Both the position numbers and the translations under genes were made by a program. DNA of 64,000 bases, from assembly GCA_012295275.1 (NCBI GenBank), contig CM022665.1:1054001-1118000 (forward strand). Direction: 5' to 3'. The stretch is from Chrysomallon squamiferum. Its lineage: Eukaryota; Animalia; Mollusca. Under the pieces are notes generated by a model that was not told the origin of the DNA, did no database searches, and was given only the letters and a program-made list of their open reading frames with translations. Below, piece after piece: positions 29,170-51,675 of the stretch. Position 1 is the first letter of the stretch; every line of letters starts with the position of its first letter.

Positions 29170-29345
29170 GAAATAAAACTCGCACCAGCTATACGAAGGG
29201 CTTTCCTTATTCAATTAGCGACAAAGGCTCATTTATATGTTCCTTCCCTAATAAGAAAGCACATGAAGTTTGATAATCCAGCCATGGGACTCTCGCTGGG
29301 GAACGGGGAATAGGCACAGTTGTGAGATTTCAAATCATCCACTGC
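29170..29345 (-). mobile_element. Decayed SINE-like repeat copy (opposite orientation)
   Basis: attagcgacaaaggctcatttatatgttccttccc...gtttgataatccagccatgg resembles the other copies. Confidence 0.45.
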
Positions 29346-29764
29346 CACTTACTAGTGTCCGTATATATATATATGCCAGTGTTTTGAATTACACAGATAT
29401 ATCCCATGTTTAATTCAAAATACTGGCATATTACTAACAGTGTTGGTGTTAGAAGAACGAAAAATAAAAGACATTCGGTTACTGTAAAAGATAAATGTAT
29501 TTGCTCATTTCAACATTTATAGCCGAGTTTGAAAAAAGTAAGTAAATAAATAAATAAACACTCAACGTAAACCACGAGCAGAATAATTTCCTAGCAGGCC
29601 TTATATGATAACATAATAACAAACAACGATAAAGATTATCGTGCTTACACCGAAGAAGACGACCTAGCGTTGTTGCGATAGTTTCGAAGTATCGGAGAAG
29701 AGTTATCCTCTCTGGGAAACCATAGTTATGTGAAAATTGCGGTTATTGATATTTCCCCCTTTCA

Positions 29765-29990
29765 CACCAATGCACCACAGGTACTATATCAAAGGTTATG
29801 ATATGTCCTTCCTTGTCTCTGAGGAAATACATAAAAAATATCGTTTGTATCTAAGCGATAAGAATAGTGGTAGCGAATTTATCTAAGAGATATTATTATT
29901 TCACACGAACAATGCATTTGATATCAGTAACAGTGATTAATATTTCAAATATGTTCAGGCGTCGTTCAGCTAATTTTCTTTCTTTCCAAC
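29765..29990 (+). mobile_element. Decayed SINE-like interspersed repeat copy
   Basis: Its reverse complement resembles blocks at about 21466, 25855 and 29170 (TTTATATG..TTCCC...CCTTTGATA...GTGGTGCA); ends gcgtcgtt...ttttctttctttcc. From recall it resembles an abundant gastropod SINE; not database-verified. Confidence 0.5.
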
Positions 29991-30033
29991 ATTTCATTAT
30001 TTTTGTTTCTTTATTTTGTTTTACTTCTGTTTC

Positions 30034-30035
<2 letters not shown>

Positions 30036-30092
<57 letters not shown>

Positions 30093-30143
30093 TGTTGCTG
30101 TTGTTTTACTTCTGTTGCTTAATAATAATAATAATAATAATAA
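30036..30143. repeat. (AAT)n microsatellites
   Basis: Two runs separated by about 28 bp. Confidence 0.93.
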
Positions 30144-30982
30144 TTTTATGCAAGGTGAACTGAGTAACTGTAATTCGGCGAAATACTTTAAAGTGTATTT
30201 CTGTATTATGTAAATCTGTTCTTTCTCAAGCTTTCTATTTTATAAACATTGTTACAGAATACAGTAATGACACGAACAGCCTAAGAAAGTCACCAAAGGA
30301 GATAGATAGTTTTAAACTCTAAATTAGTTATTGTTTTTAAAATAGCATTTTGAACTGCATGAAGGATAGATATGTTACCATCGTTTTCTTTTAAAGCATC
30401 TATATATTTTTTTTCAATATATTATTATTTGAAAAAGAAAATGAAGACGAAGAAAAACATGTGTCAGTAAGATTCTAATTTATTTCTGCAAACAAGAAAG
30501 GAAAGAAAGGAAGGTAATGAAAAAAATAAATAATAATAACGAAAATAAAGAACAAAAATAATATTTTGTGTATCTTTCTCAAAATTCACAGAAATTTCTG
30601 CAAAATGGCTGAAGCCAAAATCAACTAATATTAATAATATAATGTGTGTGTGTGTGTGTGTGTGTGTATATTCACACACATGCACACACACACTTTCCCA
30701 AACAATAAAAAGAATGAACATATAATTATTTTGTAGAGACACAATTAATTAAAATCCATTTTCACATATGTTTATCAAGAAATATTAATTATAAATTGGA
30801 GAAAATTGAAATTAGTGGCAATACAGTTTGTTTTGGTTTATATTCTGTACAACAGAGGGTACTACAAAAACTATCGTTCTGAATTTGCATAGTAACATTA
30901 TGAAAGCATATGCCTTAAATAATATGTTCGATTTGATATTATTTTATGGATAATCGTCATCATCATCACCAATATTATTATC

Positions 30983-31027
<45 letters not shown>

Positions 31028-31139
31028 AATATGAATTACATAGCAATTAATTAACTGGGAGATTACTATATTATATCCGACATTTGTATCAATAATACAC
31101 GTCTTTCTGAAGTAAAACACCACAATGCAGTGCTCTTTC

Positions 31140-31245
31140 AAAACAAGGAGGAAAAAACGAAAACCCATTTTGATTGATACATGGCGACGTCCATAAAAAG
31201 TCATAGGTGAAGAAAGTTAGGAAAACAGTTATTTTATAGTAAGTT
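31140..31245 (+). promoter_or_regulatory. Candidate taxilin TSS/first-exon region
   Basis: ACATGGCG (YY1-like or start-codon-like) at 31179-31186 with donors at 31207 (gtgaag) and 31239 (gtaagt), just before the CpG-depleted domain begins. Confidence 0.3.
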
Positions 31246-34200
31246 GCTACCAGTATATCATATATTATGTCTTGCTGCTGAATATTCCCGATTTAATTAA
31301 CGGAAGAGGTTTAAACGAAAAAAGTCTGAAGCCGTGCAAAATTGTAAAAATATACATTCCACTCTCCGTCGTACACACTCAGTCTGGATGTCATTTTGCT
31401 TTCCATGATGCAAATTCCTTCCCGTTTATGTGGAATGTGTTTGAATAGCAGATCTTCATATCTTTGTAGTTATCATTTTATACGCAGTAATATTAAAAAT
31501 GCACAGAAAAAAAAAGTCGAAGCTTATTTTAATATAATAATAAGAATAAGAATAATAACGTCATAAAAAATTCACGTAAAAACATTGTAAAGAAACTTTA
31601 TAACCAAACAGCCTGTGGTTTGCTAATCAAAGCATTTTTAAGGTATGTGACAAATTTTCAAAAATACTATTTTCCTAAAACATTACATATCATTAGAAAG
31701 AGGAAAAAATGCAGATTAAAATGATGGTATTATTATAATTATATCCGCCTGCACCCCCTCTAAAGATGTTTTTTGATTCTTTTTTTTTTATGAACTTTTT
31801 ATACACACTAAAAGGTAAGTGATTAAATACAGCAAATAGAAACAAACAATTCTTCAACATTTCAAGACATCAAAAAAAAATCCCTCTTTTATAATGATGA
31901 TAACCAGGAGGAAATCATTCCAAAATGACACCAAGATCACTTTGATAGCATTGATATGAAAAAAAGTTACTAATTTTGATTGAAATACAATTTGAAGGTA
32001 TTTTTCCTTCATAATCTGTGGAGATACTGATTCGTTTCTAGTCATTTTGCAACATAAAAAATTGAAAATCCCATACAGTTTTAATCCAGTATACATGTTG
32101 CATATCGAAATGATGGTTTTGATGAGTTCTAAAGTTTTGTACATTATTTTTAAGCACATTGCTAATATTCATGAATTTTAATTAATTAATTAATCGCACT
32201 AATAATCTCAAATACACTTTATGCCTTAATTATGTAATTACCAAAAACTTACTAGAAATTAAATCAATATACAAAAAGATCAATTTTCAAGACTGATGGA
32301 ATGAAGGGGCCTTTACACATTCAAGCATTTTGCTAACATTCATTTTTGTACAAGTTATTAATATCATTAATTAGTCTTAATTTGCCTTAGTGCTTATTAT
32401 ATGTTTCTGACATTTCATAAAAGTCAAACCTGTGTGCACAATTTATACCTGAAAATAGAGTTTTTGAAAGGTTTAGAAGCATCATATCACATGTCACATA
32501 TTCCTTCCATTTGCTACATAAATACTCGGTCATTCAGTAAAATAAATTCCAACATTAAATTTGTAAGACATTGGCTTTGGCTATTTCATTTTCTCAGAAC
32601 ACCATACATTTTGGTATCCAAAAATAACTGTCTGCTACCCTAAATATTTGTATGAAATTTGGCAGACTGAAAAAGAAATGCATAATATGTAATTTGTACA
32701 TGATTTAAAGTTTCAAATAAACTTACCTTGGATATGTGTCAATCATATGCGTCTGTTCATTTTCAGTTGTTTATCACATGTCAAAATAATAATATGGTGA
32801 TGAAGCTGAATATGTATACTATGTCATGATATTTGTTGTTTTTGAAAATACTTAAAATTAATGAAAAAACAGAAATGCAAATGAGGGCACCCTCTTCTAG
32901 GTAAGTAAAAACATGTCACAAGTTGGGCAGCATTCCACAGCAGTGTATAAGTCTTTTATCACATACCTTGCCTTACAGTTCACATTAAAATGGGCAGGGA
33001 GAAATAATAATAACAAACTCCAGTGAAAAATAAATGTATATATTTTATCTCTTTTACATTTCTGATACTTTTAATGAAATTGTTGTCCTAACCATTATTA
33101 TTAAAATGACAATATTCTTATTTTTCATATGATTTGCTTGATTTTCTTGATAGAATGTTTTAAATTTATTTTAAATTACTTTTATTTAGCTATTTGTTGG
33201 TTTGTTTTTTTATACTGGTACAAATGCAGTCTCTAAATTGTGATTACAAATTGGCCATTCCTCCCTAAAAGGATAAAATGTTCTAGAATTGTTAATATTT
33301 AAGCTTTACCAAGTATCGGAATTCTTCAGTGATAGGGATATGACTAGTAACTTTTCTAATCTATCTGAAATATTATTGTGCAAATTATTTTATGTTCATG
33401 AAATAATTGTGTGTGTAAAAGGTTTATAAATTTGTGTTATGATATTGCTTTTCAGGAGGCAACACTATGTCTACAAACATTTAAAATAAAAATAGTTTAA
33501 ATCTGCAGTCATGTTAAATTTATATTGATTGATATTGGTATTGCTGTATGATTTAGATACTTCACTGTAACTAGAACCATTAAAGGTCTAATTATTTTAG
33601 ATTTTAAATGTATATTTTCTTAAAATATATTGGCCATGTAACTATTGATGATGACTGTTCCTACATACAGTATACTATCTTTTGGTTTAAAGAAGAAATA
33701 AACGGTTCTTTATTATGCATTGTTAGATTTGGTGTTGATATTTTCTTTTGTTTTAGTATATTTAAAATGAAAGTAGTGCTCTTTATTTAGTTTATGTGAG
33801 ATTTTTACATAATGCTAAACATTTTAATTAAAGAAAAACTATATGCAAACTTTAAGTTCATGTTGTGCCACAAATATTAGTTGTGAATATTTAATAGGCA
33901 ATATAGTATCTACAAATTCCTTTATAATGGTAAGTATTTTTATTCAGCTTGTAAACCGGAGAAAATTGGTAGACAGATTCAGTATGTTCTTCACTAACGA
34001 TTCTATGTATAAAAAGATTTACAAGTTAATTTATGTAATCTGTGCCTTTTCATTTTGTGTCATAACAACCTGCATATTTTACAGAAATTGCTGATATATG
34101 AATATTTTCAATTAACCCAAAATGTAAGTATTAATGAACTTGTGTTCTCTGGTAGTAACAAATATTATATCATGTGTACAGTGAATTTTGTATGTTTACT

Positions 34201-35480
34201 GTTGTATTAGCTGAGAACATTTTGTTTTCTTTCATTATTTAAAAAATAATGTTTAGTTATTATTCATGCACAAATATATACTTGCACTTTATTTTAACAA
34301 ATTCATCTGAGTTTTAAAAATGTTTTAATGAAATGTTTAAACTATAATAAAATCACTATAACTATTTCATTTCTGTTCCTGATCCTTAATTCTGATTCAG
34401 AATTTAACAGTATGTTGCTTATGGTAATAAGGTTAGTTAATAATGTAATTAAAAGGTTTATGTTGGTAATATTATTTTGTAAATTTAAAAAGAAAACCAA
34501 CATTACCTTGAAATTTACTTTCCTGTAGTTTATCACACTTTACTACTGTCTGAAAAAGAAAGGCAGCATGTATAATTAGATTATTTTTGTAATGCAGAGA
34601 ACACATATTTTTGTTAACCTGTGAGTTGTCAGTTCTGCTCATACACAGATATCGTGTGGTACTAAGTATGTGTAAATTGTAATTATCATAAAAAATGTGA
34701 ACGCAGGGTGGATGTGAAACCTGATCTTTGTTCAACTCCCAATACAAGGAATATTTGTGATTACTTTCCCCACTATAACTAAAATTCCTAAACCATCTTC
34801 CAGTATTCTTTGACACAATCACCCCTCCAGAGTAACTTTGGTTAGTCCTGTTACCAAAGAGTCTATTTATAGTTGTTGGTGTTGTAGTAAAGACTGTATC
34901 TGGTAACAGTGCTGCAGTGACATCCATGGAGACTGCTTGGTAAAGCATGCTCACTACAGTGATAGGATGATTGCCACACATGGGGCCGATTCTAACCTCC
35001 ATGGTTTGGGATGCTGCAGGGTGTGGGGAGGCTAAAGATGTAAGCTGCAGTTCTTGTTAGTCCTTTGAATTATGAGTAAATGTTTTAATTTCTAAAAGAA
35101 AAATATATATTGTGTTCCTATTATGCTGACATTATATGAAAGATTTTTGTCTCATGAACACAGTATCTTCTATCTTATGTCGACTATGTTAATACACAAA
35201 GCTAATTATAAATAAATGATGTTGTTTATACTAGTAGAGCAGCATTTTGCATATAACTTAGTCTAGTATGGAACAATTCTTCAGGTGTTGCTTTATACAT
35301 GTAAGTACAACTTATCTGTGGTGAGTATATTATTACATTCCCTGTACAATCTTCATGTCCATATGTGGATGTCTGTATTGCAATGTCTTTTTCTGCTGAT
35401 ATATAACATACATGTGTCTCTGTATGTATGTATGTGTGTATGTATGTTTGTGAGAGATAAATGAATGAATGTTATAATTT

Positions 35481-35511
<31 letters not shown>

Positions 35512-36307
35512 CTGATACATGATTATTATTTAAAAAAAAATAAAATGTGTGTCATTTAAACCATTTTGATATTTAATCATAAACATCTGCATTACACAAA
35601 CTCGGCTGATCTTTAGAGCACACTCCAGAAAGGGGTTGCATATAGTAATTAGGGGCAACAAAATGTCTGTAATCATGAGACTAAAGGCTGTTAAAGGCTG
35701 TGATAATTGTGGTATTTTAAGCAGAAACATAAAATATGGTTTTTATCTTTATATTTGCTTTAATTTGAGTGTTTTTATCTCAGTGGATACATTGCACCAT
35801 ATAGGCATATTATAAATAAAATCATGGTTCACATTAATTGATTTAAGCAATTGGTACAGTTACAGCACCTCTTACTAGCGCTGAATGATGCCCAAAGAAA
35901 GAGTGAAGCTAGTAAAAAAGTTTAGTTAGAAGGAGCAGAGAGTAAAAAACAATAACATCAGAAAACATACAAAAACAAGTGCAGTTTCAGCAGTGCTGTT
36001 GACAGAATATTAAAAGGGTCACCTGCAACTGAACAGAAATGCAGAAAGGTAGTGGAATGTTCAGCAGAGGAGTACTTAGTAAATAACAGACATGACAACA
36101 CTGAAGAGAGACATGTTCATAGTAAACTATCTGATGCAGCTGAATGTATATGTGTATATATATTGTGTATATAAGTGTTGATCAAGTTTACATTTCTCTA
36201 TTTAAAACCATGTTTCATTTCTTAATTTCATTCTTCAGGTTTCTGACGAGGAAGAAGTGCAGATTTTCACAATTAACCAGGTTGGAGATCAAGAACATTT
36301 AAAAAAC

Positions 36308-45790
<9,483 letters not shown>

Positions 45791-48700
45791 CACAGTCATT
45801 TTTAGCTGAGCTCTTATCATTCATTTTGTAGCTCATTTTTTGTTTGGATTACTTAAAACAACAAATTTTTAAAAGCTGTGATTCATTTTGAAATAATCAT
45901 TTCAAGCTTGTTCAGATGTCTATAAAGTTTCCCAATCTACTTTTTTGTAGATATTTTACTCTTTTATTACATTTTTTATTTTATTTTATTTTTTTTTTTT
46001 TTTGTCTTTTTTTGGCATATTAAATCTTTTTGTCTCTGATCAGAGTTTACATTAAATTTCTGATCTGTATCTAAGCGTGCATGGTGAAAAACACTTAGTT
46101 TTACAAAAACTTCTGACTTGGGAGTGTTCTTTTTTCTTCTTTTTTTCACCCGTTGTTATGCTATACAGATGTTTCAGATAAAATTTGATGCTATTTTCAG
46201 CTCAGTTTTAAAAGGTACATCTTGTATTACTGTGGTGACACACATATTGACACCAGACACCAGTGTACATTGCACTTTAAGTTTTTTTTTTTTTTTTAAA
46301 TGTAATGTATATATATATATAATGATTTTTTAGTGAGTAAAATTTTTGCTGAAAAACATCTTACTCATGCATGAAATGATAAATGCTTAAAAGGAGTTTT
46401 TTATAGTTTTTTTCAGTCTGCCATTTGTTACAATATGCTAGATGTATGTTTGAAATGAAAATTAAATTGGTTTATAAAAGTTTGTATTACTTTGGAGATA
46501 ACACTGAACCAGTGTACTCTTTACCTGAGGCTTTTTTAAAAATATATTGTGTATATACAATGACTTATTTTTTTAATAACATTTTTGATAGAAAACAACT
46601 TACTCACATACAAATGCTAAAGTGAAAAAAATAAATGTTTTTTTTTGTTGTTTTTTTGCTATATGATTAAAATTGCAAAAGTAATACTGTAAACAGAAGT
46701 GAACAAAATTAAAAAGTAAAAATTCTAACAACGTACTGGAATTTTTTAGTCAAAAAAAAAAGCTGACAAAAGTTGTAAAATAACTTCCAATCCACAATTC
46801 AACTGCTTTCATTACAAAATGGGTTTGTATAATTGTGTAATTATTTATTTATTTTTATATTTTTTAATTTTATTTAATATGCTAAGGATTTAGTATGAAC
46901 AACTTAGTTTTCTTCTATTTATTATTTTAGTCTGCGAATTTGAACAAGTTTTCTGTTTGCTGATTAAAATGGTTAGCAGTTAAGCCATAATGTGCTGTAT
47001 TTTTTTTTTTTTAAATAACAAAATGAAATTATAACATTTTGCAAAATATTTTTGGATACACCTCTTTCCTGTTTGATATTTAATGCTTGTGTGTGACCCT
47101 TGTTTTGTTTGTAGTATTCAGAAAATGTTGATGATGTTTGGATTGTTTTAATTATACAAAATATATAGTCAACAGTAACCTTATATAGATAGGTAAAAGG
47201 TTATTACTACATTTATTTTATTGTTTGTGTTTTTTTGCTTTTAAAATGTTTCATTAGAAGTCGTTTATGAACTGTGATTTCTTTTGTATAAATAGTAGTG
47301 ATACAGAACTGAACTGGATTTTATAACAAAACTGATTTGATATGTAATGAAACAATACAGCTTTTTATAAATTAGGTTGAACTATTTTGAGTAATAATAA
47401 TAATAAGCATTAAGTGAGCATGTATTATGTAAAATTATCAGCAGTGTAATATATTTGATGACAATATGATTTCAAACATGAGATCTGTAAATTTCATCAT
47501 TAATTGCAGATTTACACAGAGGCAAAATGAGAAGTATTAATTTAACAATAGTAATCAAATAATGAAAACAAAGAAAGAAAAAATGTATGATTAACAGCAT
47601 GCATCTGACTGAATCAGTAACTTTTTAAAACATAAATGAATGAATTTTCAAAAACAACATATTTGTCAGTCTTTAATCTGTTTCATATTTTATTTGCCAG
47701 ACTTTAGGAGCTAGAGTGCTTTTAAAACAACATATTTAATTTTCTTTATTAGATGTGTGTTATTTTGTAATAATTATTAAGGTGATATTGCCTGATTAGT
47801 CATTTTTATATTGATATTTTGAAATATACCCTGAGCTGTAGCTTAGATTTGTATTTTTAAACTTATAATACTTTGTCAGAATTAGTGTTATTTAGTTGTT
47901 CAGTGTAATAAGTTAAAAATTCACATTCACTTTACCTTGATTTCATTTAGATATGTGTGAAATGTGATTTGTGAAATTATTTTAAGATCTTTTTTTAGAA
48001 TCATATGGGGGAATAAGGTGTATAGCATAAACATCATGCATAATAATAATATGGAATTTTGTGTTTTTGTAAATAGAATAGCATACCTTAATAACATATT
48101 TAATAAAAATGTTTCATAGTAAATTTGATGTCTGTTGTTGCTAATTTTCAGTTAAAACAGAATCCATATTTTCCCCTGTCAGCAATTGAACAGTTGCTGT
48201 TTGCAAAGTTAGTCAAGTGATCTTGTCTTCATCTTAATAATTACAGTTGTACAAAACTACAAGAAGGTAGTTTATGGTATGTTTGTTTTGTGTGTTTTTA
48301 CATTATTTCCTGCCATTCCAGTAGAATGACACTTAATCCTTTTTATTTATGAGCTTTGTATTTCCCCAGGACATACATATCTGCTGGTCTTTGTGTAGGA
48401 AAATTCACAATGCTATATTGTATCATTACTTTGCAGGAAAAAATTATAATAATTAAATAACTGAATAATAATATTATTAAATTAATAAATAGTAAGTAAT
48501 TTGCAAAAACAATACATTAAATAATCAAATGTTACTGGCTATTAGATGTCAAACGTGGTCTTTAAATAATAATCTGGCTAAAACCCATTTACATATTTCA
48601 CGACACCTTGATGAACCTTTCTATAAACCAGATAGTCGTGAGACGTGGGGAATCAATGTGGAGCATTAACCCTGCTATCGATCACGCTACGCACGCATGC

Positions 48701-50155
48701 TGTGACTAAGCTTTTATGATTTAAGACTACTGTGAAATCAGTGATGAGTTCATTTTATTTATTATATATATATATAATGTAGAGACAGTAAAAACGGGAA
48801 CAATACTGAAAGATGATACGGCAGATACGACGGGTGCTCGGGCGCCACTAACACGTTACTGTTAAAGTCAGAGAAGCTGTCCTTTAAGAGTGAATACAAA
48901 ATTTTCGTCTGTCTTTGATTATTATCCGTGAGAAATATTACGATGGCCAGACTGTAAATTCTTTATTTTTGTCTAAAAGATGGGTGTTACGTGTTCAGAC
49001 CGGTGCATTTTCTGAATTTACTGTATTTAAAATCCTAATTTATATTATCCTGTTATTATTCTTGATAATAACTGCTTGTATGTCGAGACAACAAAGACAG
49101 GAAAAATTCAGGATAAAAGTGTCGCATTTAAAACTATTTGTAAGAGAGAGAAAAAAAAAAATAACGCTATTTCTATTTGTATAGTAAAAGTGAGGAATGT
49201 ACTGAATGAAGTTGCTGTGTTCAAGACAGTTTCCCTTTAGGCGTTACTCCTCCAGACAAAGATGACTTCTATTTGTCAGAAATAAAACAAATGATTGTGC
49301 CACGACTGTCACTCATCAACATCCTGCTTGTACGAAAAAGACCACTGCGAATAAAACGTTTCCATTAATCATGTAGTTTTTAAGACAATAAAGGTTCATT
49401 CTTGATACATAGGTCACCGCTTTTGACTGAGAGGACAGTTAGAAAATGTGACGCATCAAAACGGGTAAATAATTTACTTTCTGTTAACCCGAGACGGAAG
49501 AAAAAAATATAAATGTTTGGTTTTCTTAAGGACAAACAACGTAATTTTTTCAAAATACAGTTATACTGCGTCATGCATATGACTAAGGACTTTACAGATA
49601 CAATGATAAATAAAAGAAAACAAGAAAGATATGAATATTTACAATATACACGGTGATCTTTATTATAAATTTAGGCAGATAGTGTTTTATAAAAACAACA
49701 GCAACAATATAAGAATTTAAATTTTTCCTTCACGATTTTTCCTTCATGTTAGTATATGAACAGTTGGTCTAATAAAGAAAAAAGAAAACTGAACATGCAA
49801 AGAGTGTCAGAGAAAATCATTGAAATTGATATTTTATTAGTAGTTTTTCTTTCGACTTTCCATCAAAAAAAAATTAACATTTATGCATGCATATTTTATA
49901 CAAAACTATTTCTGTTGGTCACGTACGTTTTAAAGTATTAATAGATATCATTATTCAGTATTTTTTATAACAGGCTGCATTTTTACTATGTTCTCTCACT
50001 GATTACCAGCATAATACTGTATTATAGCTTCTTATTTCAGAACTCTCATGGAAATGCTTAAAATTCTGGTTAAACGAAATTTACAATATTGTGGCCATAA
50101 ACTGTTCAATACTTTAAACGTCTGTTAATTCCATATGCTTACAGAAGCATACCAA

Positions 50156-50157
<2 letters not shown>

Positions 50158-50208
<51 letters not shown>
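50158..50208. repeat. (CA)n microsatellite
   Basis: Directly visible, downstream of the SLC34 stop codon. Confidence 0.95.
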
Positions 50209-50210
<2 letters not shown>

Positions 50211-50427
50211 CTTAAATATTGAAATATAAGTAAACATATTTTTAGTATTAATATGTCTTGATAATATATTGATAATATGATAGCTGATTAAAATACATTT
50301 AAAATACAAATAATAGTTAAAATGCAAAGAAAAAGGTGTTACTTCTTCAGCTTTCCGGTAAAGTAATAAATTTATCTCCGTACAAATGTATTGCGTTTAA
50401 CCCCCTACATGTGTATCGTATTTCAGT

Positions 50428-50465
<38 letters not shown>

Positions 50466-50776
50466 AATGGTGTTATCCTTGTTTACCTTTATTATGAAAA
50501 AAATATATATGTTGCGAAAGATTCATAAATGTTCATTTCTTTCTCCTGCATATAATACATGACATCAAAATTAGTATTATACGCTGATATATTTGTTAAA
50601 ATAAACAGTATTCAAATGAAAGGAAAACTGTATTTTCACTCTGACCACATTCGATTCGTGATCTGTTCCCCACTCATTTATATTAAAAAATAATAATAAT
50701 AATAAATTTTAAAACAGAAGATGCATCATAGATATAAAATGTTTGTAAATTTCAAAGTCACCAATATGGTGCTTTC

Positions 50777-51675
50777 TTACAATGGGGTATTTTCCTCATA
50801 TTTTTGCATAGAGTTAATTGTCTTTGTAGGTACAATATCCGCAGTGTCCATTTTTTCGTTTTTAAATCTTGAACAACATTTGCACATTACTTTTTGCATC
50901 ACCCTATCGACAGGATCCAGCGATCGCATAAATTCAGGGAGAAATTTCCAGTTCCGTAATTTTTTAGGCAAGACACTAGGCTTCTTGCGCTGAAGAACTT
51001 TGATTACACCCACGATAATAGCCAGTACGGCAATGGGGACTAAGACGCCTGCCAAAGCTTCTGTCCCAGCTATGGAAAGGCCAAATACAAAGCCAGGAAG
51101 TACGAAGAACAAAATCAGAAGGTACAAAATAGCAAACCAGCGATATTTTGCCGTTTCATTACCAAGAAATTTAGCAATTCCGATAGGAAATCTAAGAAAA
51201 GGTATTGGGTAGAAGAGAATGATGCCAGAGATATTGAAAAACAGGTGGCAGAATGCAACCTGAAGGGAATCTGCAATAGTATCGGCAGGCTGGGCCATTG
51301 CAGCAAGGATACCTGTGGTGGTCGTGCCAATATTAGCACCAAGAGTCAAAGGATACATCCTGTCAATCTCTATGACGCCGATCCCTACAAGAGGTGTCAG
51401 CGTTGACGTGAAGATGGAACTGCTCTGGACGAGGATAGTGAGTCCAGCGCCTATAAGAATGGCTATGTAGCCGGTGAGACCAGACATGTAGCCAGGAAAA
51501 TCAGCATTGATGAATGTCTTGATGATAATTGCAATCTGGCCTCGGAGAAGTTTGTTCAGAAGTTTGACGATACAGATTAAACAAATGCAAAGAATCAGGA
51601 GCGATATCACTAGCATAATGGCGCCTATTGCCTCATCACTCAGTTTGTATGCCAGTGGTTTAAACCAATACTCGC
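50777..51675 (-). CDS. SLC34A2: SLC34 terminal exon (second QSSS repeat, C-terminal TM helices, tail)
   Basis: tttacag acceptor at 51676-77; extends the 279-aa ORF upstream by (C)[19 protein letters not shown]. Confidence 0.95.

Noticed and set aside
34472-35002. 176-aa minus-strand ORF
   Set aside because: No recognisable domain or splice support; it lies antisense within the presumed taxilin 5' intron.
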